Assembly (NCBI GenBank): GCA_017650345.1
Contig: JAGCFB010000045.1
Location: 1 to 47,051 of the forward strand
DNA from: Kiritimatiellia bacterium
Lineage (GTDB): Bacteria; Verrucomicrobiota; Kiritimatiellia; RFP12; UBA1067
Length of the DNA stretch: 47,051 nt
Direction of reading: 5' to 3'
Numbering within the stretch: position 1 is the first letter of the stretch; every line of letters begins with the position of its first letter. Position numbers and translations under genes: made by a program. This document shows positions 37,218-44,586 of this stretch, in pieces. The notes beneath the pieces are model-generated. The model was not told where the DNA came from, searched no databases, and was given only the letters and a program-made list of their open reading frames with translations.

Positions 37218-38389
37218 TTTGCGATCATTTCCCTGAATTGGTTGAAAAGGTATGCGCTGTCGTGCGGACCCGGACAGGACTCCGGATGGTACTGGACCGA
37301 GAAGGCGGGAAGCGTCCTGTGCCTGACGCCCTCGATGGACCCGTCGTTCAGGTTGACGTGCGTCACCTCGAGGCAGTCCGGGACCGAGTCCGCGACGACC
37401 GCGAAGTTGTGGTTCTGGCTCGTTATCTCGACCTTGCCCGTCGCGAGGTTCTTCACGGGATGGTTGCATCCGTGGTGTCCGAACTTCAGGCGCGCCGTCT
37501 TCGCGCCGCACGCGAGCGAAAGCAGCTGGTGCCCCAGGCAGATGCCCATCATTGGCGTCCGGCCCAGAAGCTTCTTGATGTTCTCGATCGCGTATGTCAC
37601 GGCTGCGGGGTCGGCGGGTCCGTTGGACAGGAACACGCCGTCCGGCTTCATGGCGAGCACGTCCTCCGCCGGCGTCTTAGCCGGAACGACCGTCACATTG
37701 GCCCACTCCGCGAGCGACCTTAGGATGTTCGTCTTCACGCCGAAGTCGTAGCAGACGATGTTGGGTTTGGCTTTCGCCTCGCCTGTCGTCGCATGCTTCA
37801 CGTTTTCATTGGCGTGTTGACATGAGACGCTGGACGAGAGACGGGGAGTGAATTCATACGCCTTCTCGCAGGTCACCTTGGCCGCGTAGTCCTGTCCGTC
37901 GAGGCCCGCCCATTCGCGTGCCTTGGCTATCGCGTCCTCCTCGTCCACGGACGCGGAGACGCAGAGGCAGGCTCTTCTGTTGCCGTGCTCCCGGATGTGC
38001 AGCGTAAGCGCGCGCGTATCGACGCCGTAGATGCCCGGCACGCCGTTCTCCCTCAGGTAGCAGTCGAGGCTCATTTCGCTGCGCCAGTTGCTCGGCGCGG
38101 TCAGGTCGCCGATGACGAGTCCCGACAGGAACAGTCCGCGGCTCTCCGTGTCCTCGGCGTTGATTCCGTAGTCGCCGACCTCCGCCGTCGTGAGCGTGAC
38201 GAACTGCCCCGCGTAGGACGGATCGGTCAGGATCTCCTGGTAGCCGCTCATGCCGGTGTTGAACACGACCTCGCCAAGCGCGTCCTTCCTTGCGCCGAAC
38301 GCGACGCCGCGGAAGACTGTTCCGTCGTCAAGGGCTAGGAACGCCTTCCTTTCGCGTTCGGCCTTCCATTTCTCAATAAGATCTTCCAT
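37214..38389 (-). CDS. carA: carbamoyl-phosphate synthase small (glutaminase) subunit
   Basis: [42 protein letters not shown] (catalytic Cys), and VQYHPE. Start at MEDLIEK with SD GGAGAGGAAG. No carB is adjacent. Confidence 0.92.
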   Translation of the reverse strand: MEDLIEKWKAERERKAFLALDDGTVFRGVAFGARKDALGEVVFNTGMSGYQEILTDPSYAGQFVTLTTAEVGDYGINAEDTESRGLFLSGLVIGDLTAPSNWRSEMSLDCYLRENGVPGIYGVDTRALTLHIREHGNRRACLCVSASVDEEDAIAKAREWAGLDGQDYAAKVTCEKAYEFTPRLSSSVSCQHANENVKHATTGEAKAKPNIVCYDFGVKTNILRSLAEWANVTVVPAKTPAEDVLAMKPDGVFLSNGPADPAAVTYAIENIKKLLGRTPMMGICLGHQLLSLACGAKTARLKFGHHGCNHPVKNLATGKVEITSQNHNFAVVADSVPDCLEVTHVNLNDGSIEGVRHRTLPAFSVQYHPESCPGPHDSAYLFNQFREMIAK

Positions 38390-40130
38390 TCTTCCTCTCC
38401 AGATGGTTCCTAAGCGCGTTCTCCAGGACCTTGTGCCCGCCTGGCGTGGGATAGTCGCCGGTGAAGTACCAGTCGCCGATCGCGGACCCTGGGTTCGCGT
38501 CCGAAGCAAGGCATCGTCTCAGGCTTTCGACCGACTGATAGACAACCTTGACCTCCGCCTTCATGTCCGGAGGCGTGAGGAGCCGCGCGATCTCCGCGCA
38601 GTGCTGATCGTCGGTGAAGCGCGCGTACAGCGCGGCGAGCGGGTTGTTTGGCCGTGTAGAACGTGCAGAAACATGTAGAGATTCCTCAAGTGCTTCGCGC
38701 AGCGTCCGTTCCCCGTTCCCTGTTCCCTGTTCCCCGTTCAGCAGGTTGACGAGCGCGCGGAAGGCGACCAGCTCGCCGAGCGTGGACATGTCGATCCCGT
38801 AGCAGTCGGGGTAGCGGATGGGCGGCGCGGACGAGGCGATCACGATGCGCTTCGGTCCGAGCCGGTCGAGCATCGGCAGTATCGCGTTCTTCATCGTGTT
38901 GCCGCGCACGATGGAATCGTCAAGGACGACCAGCGTGTCGCGTCCGGGACGGACCAGTCCGTACGTGACGTCATAGACGTGCTTGTAGAACTCGCGCCTT
39001 GCCGCGGCGTCCGCGATGAAGGTGCGGAACTTCGCGTCCTTCACGGCGATCTCCCCGAAGCGCACCTTCCCGTGCTCGTCGAACAGGTGCTCGATGAGTC
39101 CGTGGAATGCTATGCGCGCCGAGTTTGGGATGTAGCTGAAGAAGATGTCCTCCATCGGCGCGTCCGCCGCCTTGAGTATCTGCGGAACGAGCGCCGCGCC
39201 GAGCGCCTTCCGCTCGCGGTGTATGTCCGCGTCGTTGGCGCGCGAGAAGTAGATGCGCTCGAAGGAGCAGGGGCGAATCATCGGACGAGAGACGTTGGAC
39301 GAGAGACGTGACGGACTGTTACGCCCCTCGGCTCTTGTCTCAAGTCTCACGACCAGGTCGCAAAACTCAACCGTGCCGTCCGGCGAGACGACGAGCGCCT
39401 CTCCGGGCGGAAGCTCCTTGACCGCCTCGGGCGGCACGTCGAAGGCCGCCTGTATCGCGGGACGCTCGCTCGCAACGACCACGGCGTTGTCGTCGATGTA
39501 GTAGAACCCGGGCCTTATGCCGTGCGGGTCGCGCGTCGCGAACGCCCAGCCGTCGCCCGTCGCGCCGCAGAGCGTCCATGCGCCGTCCGCGCCGGCGAGC
39601 GCGGTGGAAATGGAATCCGCCAGCGACTTGCCGCCCGCCAGTTCGTGCGCCACGAGCTCCGTGATCAAATATCCGTCGGCCTTGCTCGTCGGAAACGAGC
39701 CGTGGCGGCTGTAGTCGTCGAAGAGCTCGTGGGCGTTCGTCAGGTTGAAGTTTCCGGCGAGGAGGAGCGTGTGCGCAAGCTCGCTCGACTCGTGGACGAA
39801 AGGATGGCAGAACGCCACCTCGTTCTTTCCGAAGGTGGCGTAGCGAAGGTGTCCGAGGAAAATCCTCTCGCGCGAGACGCTTCTTCTGCCGATGGCCCCT
39901 AGCACGTCCGCGAGCGGAGCCGCCGATGCGGACTTTGCGATCCAGTACGGCGGCTCGCCGGGCGTGGGGTTCTCGGACAGGATCGCCGCGCCCGCGCCGT
40001 CCTGTCCGCGGTTGTGCTGCTTCTCGAGAAGAAGCGACAGCTTCGTCCCGCCGTAATCGCCGGTGGCGACGGCGGCCTTTCGCAAGACCACCATCGCCAC
40101 GGCGCATTCGTGTTTCAGTTCGTCAGACAT
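38373..40130 (-). CDS. purF: amidophosphoribosyltransferase (long class-II Ntn glutamine amidotransferase form)
   Basis: Propeptide MSDELKHE followed by Cys (ECAVAMV). QHNRGQDGAGAA, RPCSFERIYFSRA, and the PRTase motif LVVLDDSIVRGNT. 585 aa. Confidence 0.85.
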   Translation of the reverse strand: MSDELKHECAVAMVVLRKAAVATGDYGGTKLSLLLEKQHNRGQDGAGAAILSENPTPGEPPYWIAKSASAAPLADVLGAIGRRSVSRERIFLGHLRYATFGKNEVAFCHPFVHESSELAHTLLLAGNFNLTNAHELFDDYSRHGSFPTSKADGYLITELVAHELAGGKSLADSISTALAGADGAWTLCGATGDGWAFATRDPHGIRPGFYYIDDNAVVVASERPAIQAAFDVPPEAVKELPPGEALVVSPDGTVEFCDLVVRLETRAEGRNSPSRLSSNVSRPMIRPCSFERIYFSRANDADIHRERKALGAALVPQILKAADAPMEDIFFSYIPNSARIAFHGLIEHLFDEHGKVRFGEIAVKDAKFRTFIADAAARREFYKHVYDVTYGLVRPGRDTLVVLDDSIVRGNTMKNAILPMLDRLGPKRIVIASSAPPIRYPDCYGIDMSTLGELVAFRALVNLLNGEQGTGNGERTLREALEESLHVSARSTRPNNPLAALYARFTDDQHCAEIARLLTPPDMKAEVKVVYQSVESLRRCLASDANPGSAIGDWYFTGDYPTPGGHKVLENALRNHLERKNGRSY

Positions 40131-40184
40131 TTACATCCAGGTTTCGGACTTCACATCTTTCCGTTGTGTTCGTTCTTGCCTTCC

Positions 40185-42287
40185 TTAGTAGAGGAACAGC
40201 ATGTCGCGGTACTTCGGGAGCGGCCAGCGCGCGCCGGAGACGCGCTTCTCGAGCCCATCGACGGTCGTGCGCAGCGAGCGCATCGCGCAGATGACCGCGG
40301 AGTCGTCGCTGTGTCCGAGCGCCTCCTCTAGCTTGCCGATCTCGGACTTCAGCGCGTCCATGCCGGCGCCGAGCTCGACCAGGCTTTCGCGCAGCGCGGC
40401 GGTTCCGGACGACACGCCGACCTTCTCGGCCTTCGCGAACGCCTCCGCCGTCTCGAGGTACTCCGCCTTGACGGCGGGGAAGACCATCTCGCTCGCGATG
40501 TCGAACGCGCACGCGCCCTCGATGCGCACCTTCTTCGAGTATTCCTCAAGGAATATCTCGTGGCGGCTCGAAAGCTCGCGCTCGGTCATGACGCCGTAGC
40601 GCTCGAAGAGCTCCGCGTTCTCCTTCTTCGTGAGCGCGGCCAGGGCGGACGGCGTGTCGGGCGCGTTGGGGAGTCCGCGCTTCGCCGCCTCCTCCGGCCA
40701 CTCCGCCTCGTATCCGTTTCCGTTGAACACGACGCGCTTGTGGGCCTTGAGCGAATCCTGGAGTATCTTCTGCAGCGCGTCGTGGAACGCCGCCGTGTGC
40801 TCGCCGGGCTTCGCCTTGCCCGCGACGTCCGCCGCCTCCAGCTCGCCTGCGATCCTGTCGATCGCCTCGGCGACGATTGTGTTGAGGACCGTCATCGGAC
40901 CCGAGCAGCAGACGCTGGAGCCCGGCGCGCGGAACTCGAACTTGTTGCCCGTGAACGCGAAGGGCGAGGTGCGGTTGCGGTCCGTCGCGTCCTTCGGGAT
41001 CGTCGGGAGCGTGTCCACGCCGATCTGCATGGGCTTCACGGACGCGCGGGAGTGCGCGCCGCCGGACTCCAGGCGGTCCAGCACCTCGGCGAGCTGGTCG
41101 CCGACGTATATCGAGATGACGGCAGGCGGCGCCTCGTTCGCGCCGAGGCGGTGGTCGTTCCCGGCGCCCGCGACGGACGCGCGCAGGAGGTCCGCATGCC
41201 TGTCCACCGCCTCGATGACCGCCGTGAGCATAGTGAGGAAGAGGGCGTTCTCGTCCGGGTTCGTGCCGGAGTCCAGGAGGTTGCGTCCGCCGTAGGTGAC
41301 GGACCAGTTGTTGTGCTTGCCGGAGCCGTTGACGCCGGCGTAGGGCTTCTCGTGGAGGAGGCACTTGAGTCCGTGGCGGTCCGCGACGTTCCTCAGCGCG
41401 TCCATGACGAGCATGTTGTGGTCGCTCGCGAGGTTCAGCTCCTCGAACTGCGGGGCGAGCTCGAACTGCGCGGGCGCGACCTCGTTGTGGCGCGTCTTGG
41501 CGGGGATGCCAAGCCTCCACAGCTCGCGCTCCACGTCGTTCATGAAGGAGAGCACGCGGTCCGGGATCGTCCCGAAGTAGTGGTCCTCGAGCTGCTGTCC
41601 CTTGGCGGACGGCGCGCCGAAGAGGGTGCGCCCGGTCAGGATGAGGTCCGGGCGCCTCTTCCAGTACTCCTTGTCGATGAGGAAGTACTCCTGCTCCGCG
41701 CCGAGCGTGCAGCCCGTGTGCGCCTCGCCGCGTCCGAACAGCTTCATGAGCCGCTTCAGGGACCTGTCCAGCGCCTGCATGGACCTGAGGAGGGGCGTCT
41801 TCTTGTCGAGCGACTCGCCGGTGTATGCGCAGAATGCCGTCGGAATGCACAGCGTCGCGCCGTTGGAGTGGCGCTTGATGAAGGCCGGCGAGGTGGGGTC
41901 CCACGCCGTGTATCCGCGCGCCTCGAAGGTGGATCGGATTCCGCCGGACGGGAAGGAGGAGGCGTCCGGCTCGCCGACGATGAGGTTCTTGCCGCTGAAC
42001 AGCATGATCGGCTCGCCGTCCTTCAGCTCAAGGAAGGAGTCGTGCTTCTCCGCCGTCGAGCCGGTCATCGGCAGGAACCAGTGCGTGTAGTGCGTCGCCC
42101 CGCGGTCCATGGCCCAGTGCCGGATCCCGTGCGCGACTTCGCCCGCGATCGACGGGTCGAGCGGCTTCCCTTCGCGAATCGTCGCCTGCAGCTTCTTCGC
42201 CGTGTCCTTGCTTAGGTATGTTCTGATCGCCTCTTCGCCGAACACGTCGGCTCCGAAGTTTGTTGCCGCCTTTGTCTCTTCCGTCAT
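40185..42287 (-). CDS. glnN: glutamine synthetase type III
   Basis: 700 aa. THYTHWFLPMTG, GGIRSTFEARGYTAWDP, EQEYFLID, NEVAPAQFELAP, and HEKPYAGVNGSGKHNNWS are the GSIII hallmark motifs and length. Confidence 0.93.
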   Translation of the reverse strand: MTEETKAATNFGADVFGEEAIRTYLSKDTAKKLQATIREGKPLDPSIAGEVAHGIRHWAMDRGATHYTHWFLPMTGSTAEKHDSFLELKDGEPIMLFSGKNLIVGEPDASSFPSGGIRSTFEARGYTAWDPTSPAFIKRHSNGATLCIPTAFCAYTGESLDKKTPLLRSMQALDRSLKRLMKLFGRGEAHTGCTLGAEQEYFLIDKEYWKRRPDLILTGRTLFGAPSAKGQQLEDHYFGTIPDRVLSFMNDVERELWRLGIPAKTRHNEVAPAQFELAPQFEELNLASDHNMLVMDALRNVADRHGLKCLLHEKPYAGVNGSGKHNNWSVTYGGRNLLDSGTNPDENALFLTMLTAVIEAVDRHADLLRASVAGAGNDHRLGANEAPPAVISIYVGDQLAEVLDRLESGGAHSRASVKPMQIGVDTLPTIPKDATDRNRTSPFAFTGNKFEFRAPGSSVCCSGPMTVLNTIVAEAIDRIAGELEAADVAGKAKPGEHTAAFHDALQKILQDSLKAHKRVVFNGNGYEAEWPEEAAKRGLPNAPDTPSALAALTKKENAELFERYGVMTERELSSRHEIFLEEYSKKVRIEGACAFDIASEMVFPAVKAEYLETAEAFAKAEKVGVSSGTAALRESLVELGAGMDALKSEIGKLEEALGHSDDSAVICAMRSLRTTVDGLEKRVSGARWPLPKYRDMLFLY

Positions 42288-42349
42288 GTTGTTTTCTTTC
42301 CTTTGTCGGGTGGCCGCTCTTGTTGCGGACGTTTGCCCGCCGAAGGTAT

Positions 42350-42365
42350 AGCACCGTCCGTGCCA
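42350..42365 (-). promoter_or_regulatory. sigma54-type (-24/-12) promoter upstream of glnN
   Basis: The minus strand reads TGGCACGGACGGTGCT, against the consensus TGGCACG-N4-TTGCW. GG and GC are correctly spaced, with one mismatch at the -14 T. It lies about 63 nt upstream of the glnN ATG. Confidence 0.5.
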
Positions 42366-42398
42366 AGGCGGACGTCCCCCCGGCGCGGAGGCGTTTCT

Positions 42399-42413
42399 TT
42401 ACATATTATGTAA
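42399..42413. promoter_or_regulatory. perfect 15-bp palindrome TTACATA-T-TATGTAA
   Basis: 7-bp arms, AT-rich in a GC-rich context. It sits about 35 bp upstream of the sigma54 -24 element and about 50 bp left of the iteron array. Confidence 0.4.
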
Positions 42414-42465
42414 CCTAAGGACGCGATGCGCCGTCCGGTGTGTAAACTCGAACGGCGCCTTTGCG

Positions 42466-42572
42466 GGGTTGTATAGAGTCAGCCGCAAGGGTTGTATAGA
42501 GTCAAGGCCAAGGGTTATATAGAGTCTGTCACAAGGGGTGTATAGAGTCGGGCGGCGGGGTTGTATAGGGTG
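42466..42572 (+). repeat. five direct iterons GGGTTGTATAGAGTC with exact 23-bp phasing
   Basis: Copies start at 42466, 42489, 42512, 42535 and 42558: GGGTTGTATAGAGTC, the same again, GGGTTATATAGAGTC, GGGGTGTATAGAGTC, GGGTTGTATAGGGTG. Confidence 0.85.
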
Positions 42573-42620
42573 CAAGCTGGCGGTTATGCCCAGAACCATG
42601 CAACGATGCCGGCTGGAATT

Positions 42621-42629
42621 TGGTATAAT
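42621..42629 (+). promoter_or_regulatory. extended -10 promoter TGGTATAAT downstream of the iterons
   Basis: TGGTATAAT at 42621-42629, about 55 nt before the ATG at 42685. Confidence 0.5.
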
Positions 42630-42684
42630 TTCCGTCCAACGCGGAAAACGGTCCGCAACACGCGGCAATCAACGAGAGAATCCA

Positions 42685-43365
42685 ATGAAACTGAAGAAGA
42701 CGGAAATCGAGGAATTCAAAAGCCAGATTTCGGACTACAACGACAGGTGCGAGGCGAAGGCCCAGGAGAAGTTCGCCAAGGGTCCTGTGCCGAAGATGGA
42801 ATGGATGATCAACCATCTGCTCGAAGCGATCCTGGAACGCATCGCGGCGGTCAGGTCGGGGACTGCGCCGGACGAGCTCGGCTCCTACCTCGCCGACGAG
42901 CTGGCGCGCGTTCTCGCGACGAAGACGTACTGCGAATACGAAGGGCTTTCCCTGGACGAGGAGCTGGTGGCGAAAGCCGACTGCGCCGTTTCTTACAAGG
43001 AGGTTGCGTCCGAATGCACGGTTCTGGCCTGGACGCCGACGTTCGGACTCTGGAGGCGGCTGCTCGCCGCCCTGGGCGAGTACCTGCGCGAGGCTGCCGT
43101 CTTCGCGAAGTCCGTCAACGCCTCCTCCACCGCCGCAAGGATGTTCCTCCGCGCCATGAGGCTGGTCGGCCGCATCGACGCGCGCAGCAGGGACTACGGC
43201 GAAGCGTGGGAATCGGAGGCGATTGCGATAGTCCGCCTTGAGCGCGTCGCCAGCGAGCGGCTTTGGGTGGACGCGCAGTTCGCCGCGCTTCCGCCGTTCA
43301 GGAAGCAGGAGCCTGTCCCGGAAAAGGGCGCGGCGAAGGGGAAAAGGTCCGGGAAGTCGAACTGA
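42685..43365 (+). CDS. hypothetical protein (helical, Lys/Gly-rich basic tail)
   Basis: Starts at MKLKKTEIEEFK, 226 aa. No recognisable family. Co-oriented and tightly spaced with the initiator gene. Confidence 0.55.
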   Translation: MKLKKTEIEEFKSQISDYNDRCEAKAQEKFAKGPVPKMEWMINHLLEAILERIAAVRSGTAPDELGSYLADELARVLATKTYCEYEGLSLDEELVAKADCAVSYKEVASECTVLAWTPTFGLWRRLLAALGEYLREAAVFAKSVNASSTAARMFLRAMRLVGRIDARSRDYGEAWESEAIAIVRLERVASERLWVDAQFAALPPFRKQEPVPEKGAAKGKRSGKSN

Positions 43366-43384
43366 AATCGAGGCAAGGCAGGAA

Positions 43385-44203
43385 ATGGGCTTCAAATACA
43401 CGCAGAGGGTGTATGACGGCGTCCGCAACACGACCCCTCCACAGCAGAGCGTGCTGGCGCTTCTTGCGCATTTCGCTAACGACAAGACAGGAGAATGCTT
43501 TCCGGCGATTCAGACGCTGGCGAGCCAGACCAGGCTGAGCCGTGCGTCTGTGATCCGGTCGCTCGACGCTCTCAAGGGGAAGGGGCTCCTGAAATGGATT
43601 TCCGGCGGACGCAAGAAAAACGGGCGAACGCTCTCAAACCTGTACAGGCTTGAGGTGCCGGACAAGGTGCCGAAGCATGTCGATAAAGTCGTTTTTTCGT
43701 CATGGAACGACGGATTGCAGGAGCGTGACGGGGTCTCACTCTGCGACCCCCACCCGTCTCACAGTGAGACCCCTACCCGTCTCAGAGTGAGACTCGACCC
43801 CGTCTCACAGTGCGACCCTATCATAAATAAAACAATCACTGAACAATCAACCGAACATAACCCGCCGCTTGCGGCGGGTGGGGCGCCGGGGAGATTCGAT
43901 TTGGGTGTGGCCCGGAGGAACGGGACGCTTGGCGACGTGCTGAAGGCGGTAGATGCTGCGGGGCGGGAGATGCGGCGCGCCGAAAGGCGGTCCGTCGTGG
44001 ATTTCGCCATGGAGGCGTCGTGCACGAAGGAGTTCGACGACAGGAAGGCGTTCGCGTCGGTGATGTTCCGGAAGAGCCAGGACGACTGCCGCGAGCTTGT
44101 GTTCCAGTTCGACTCGGAGCGTCGCGCCGGCGAGTTCGAGACCGTGCGGAACCTTCCGGCGCTCCTCGTCTCGCGCCTCAAGTCCCTGCCCGACAGGATC
44201 TAG
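43385..44203 (+). CDS. replication initiator-like protein with N-terminal winged-helix HTH (lambda O / HTH_36-like)
   Basis: QQSVLALLAHFANDKTGECFPAIQTLASQTRLSRASVIRSLDALKGKGLL is the typical phage/plasmid O/DnaD-like wHTH. The central linker is encoded by the iteron DNA. Confidence 0.65.
   Translation: MGFKYTQRVYDGVRNTTPPQQSVLALLAHFANDKTGECFPAIQTLASQTRLSRASVIRSLDALKGKGLLKWISGGRKKNGRTLSNLYRLEVPDKVPKHVDKVVFSSWNDGLQERDGVSLCDPHPSHSETPTRLRVRLDPVSQCDPIINKTITEQSTEHNPPLAAGGAPGRFDLGVARRNGTLGDVLKAVDAAGREMRRAERRSVVDFAMEASCTKEFDDRKAFASVMFRKSQDDCRELVFQFDSERRAGEFETVRNLPALLVSRLKSLPDRI
43733..43816 (+). repeat. four dyad-symmetric iterons GTCTCAcaGTGAGAC, 23-bp phasing, inside the initiator gene
   Basis: Units at 43733 (GTCTCACTCTGCGAC), 43756 (GTCTCACAGTGAGAC), 43779 (GTCTCAGAGTGAGAC) and 43802 (GTCTCACAGTGCGAC), each flanked by C-runs. 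Confidence 0.85.
43817..43860 (+). other. AT-rich tract immediately after the intragenic iterons (candidate DNA-unwinding element)
   Basis: CCTATCATAAATAAAACAATCACTGAACAATCAACCGAACATAA is conspicuously AT-rich relative to the flanking coding sequence. Confidence 0.5.
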
Positions 44204-44270
44204 CCGATCCCAGAGCCATACCTCCGCATCCGCCGCTTCGCCATTTGACGCCATTCCGTCCTGCTTCCTG

Positions 44271-44300
44271 TTGACATTGCAATGGCAGGGTTGGTATAAT
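44271..44300 (+). promoter_or_regulatory. near-consensus sigma70 promoter TTGACA-N18-(TGG)TATAAT
   Basis: TTGACA at 44271-44276 and TGGTATAAT at 44292-44300. The next plausible ATG is about 280 nt downstream. Confidence 0.6.
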
Positions 44301-44428
44301 GCCATTGTCCTTGCGGCAAGACAAGCCATGGCTTCTTGTACAATTGCGGCAACGGAAAACGGCGGAAAGGGGACGGTATCCGACCAGCACAGCAAAATGG
44401 CACTCATGATAACCGGCATTAAATACAG

Positions 44429-44549
44429 AAAACACGAAAGGAATCGGCAATTATAAAAAAGTTGAAAATAATTTGAAATTGAGCGCTCTGCAATGCGCTT
44501 ATGTATATAGAGGGGCAGAGAGTCTCTATTCGCGGCAGTCGCGGATATA
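44429..44549 (+). repeat. 121-bp direct repeat, copy 1 (promoter/leader-like module)
   Basis: AAAACACGAAAGGAATCGGCAATTATAAAAAAGTTGAAAATAATTTGAAATTGAGCGCTCTGCAATGCGCTTATGTATATAGAGGGGCAGAGAGTCTCTATTCGCGGCAGTCGCGGATATA. It matches 46833-46953 with 3 substitutions and no indels. Confidence 0.9.
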
Positions 44550-44586
44550 ACGAGTCCCTGCCATCGGCAAAAAGGGCGTTTACAAC

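Larger units (their letters stand above)
42466..44203 (+). mobile_element. candidate plasmid/phage-derived replication module (iterons, hypothetical gene, O-like initiator with internal ori)
   Basis: Five phased direct repeats, a TGGTATAAT promoter, two co-oriented genes and a lambda-ori-like structure inside the second gene. No integrase or transposase is present in the window, so the boundaries are unknown. Confidence 0.45.

Noticed and set aside
42466-42572. Possible CRISPR array.
   Set aside because: The repeats are only about 15 bp with spacers of about 8 bp (23-bp period). Only 5 copies exist and no cas genes are present. The geometry fits iterons, not CRISPR.
43733-43816. Clusters of Type IIS sites (CGTCTC/GAGACG for BsmBI, GGTCTC/GAGACC for BsaI), here and in pyrG, carA and purF, suggesting cloning scars or a synthetic construct.
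   Set aside because: Here the sites are simply the half-sites of dyad-symmetric 23-bp-phased iterons in a natural ori-like context. In the amidotransferase genes they are part of an in-frame repeat. No vector-like sequence or paired outward-facing site geometry is present.
44429-44549. The 121-bp repeat as a known riboswitch (preQ1-like TATAAAAAA tract, or a glycine-like GGAAAGGGGAC just upstream).
   Set aside because: Only isolated short resemblances were seen. The conserved helices and core nucleotides of those classes are not present as far as I can judge by eye, so an Infernal scan is needed.
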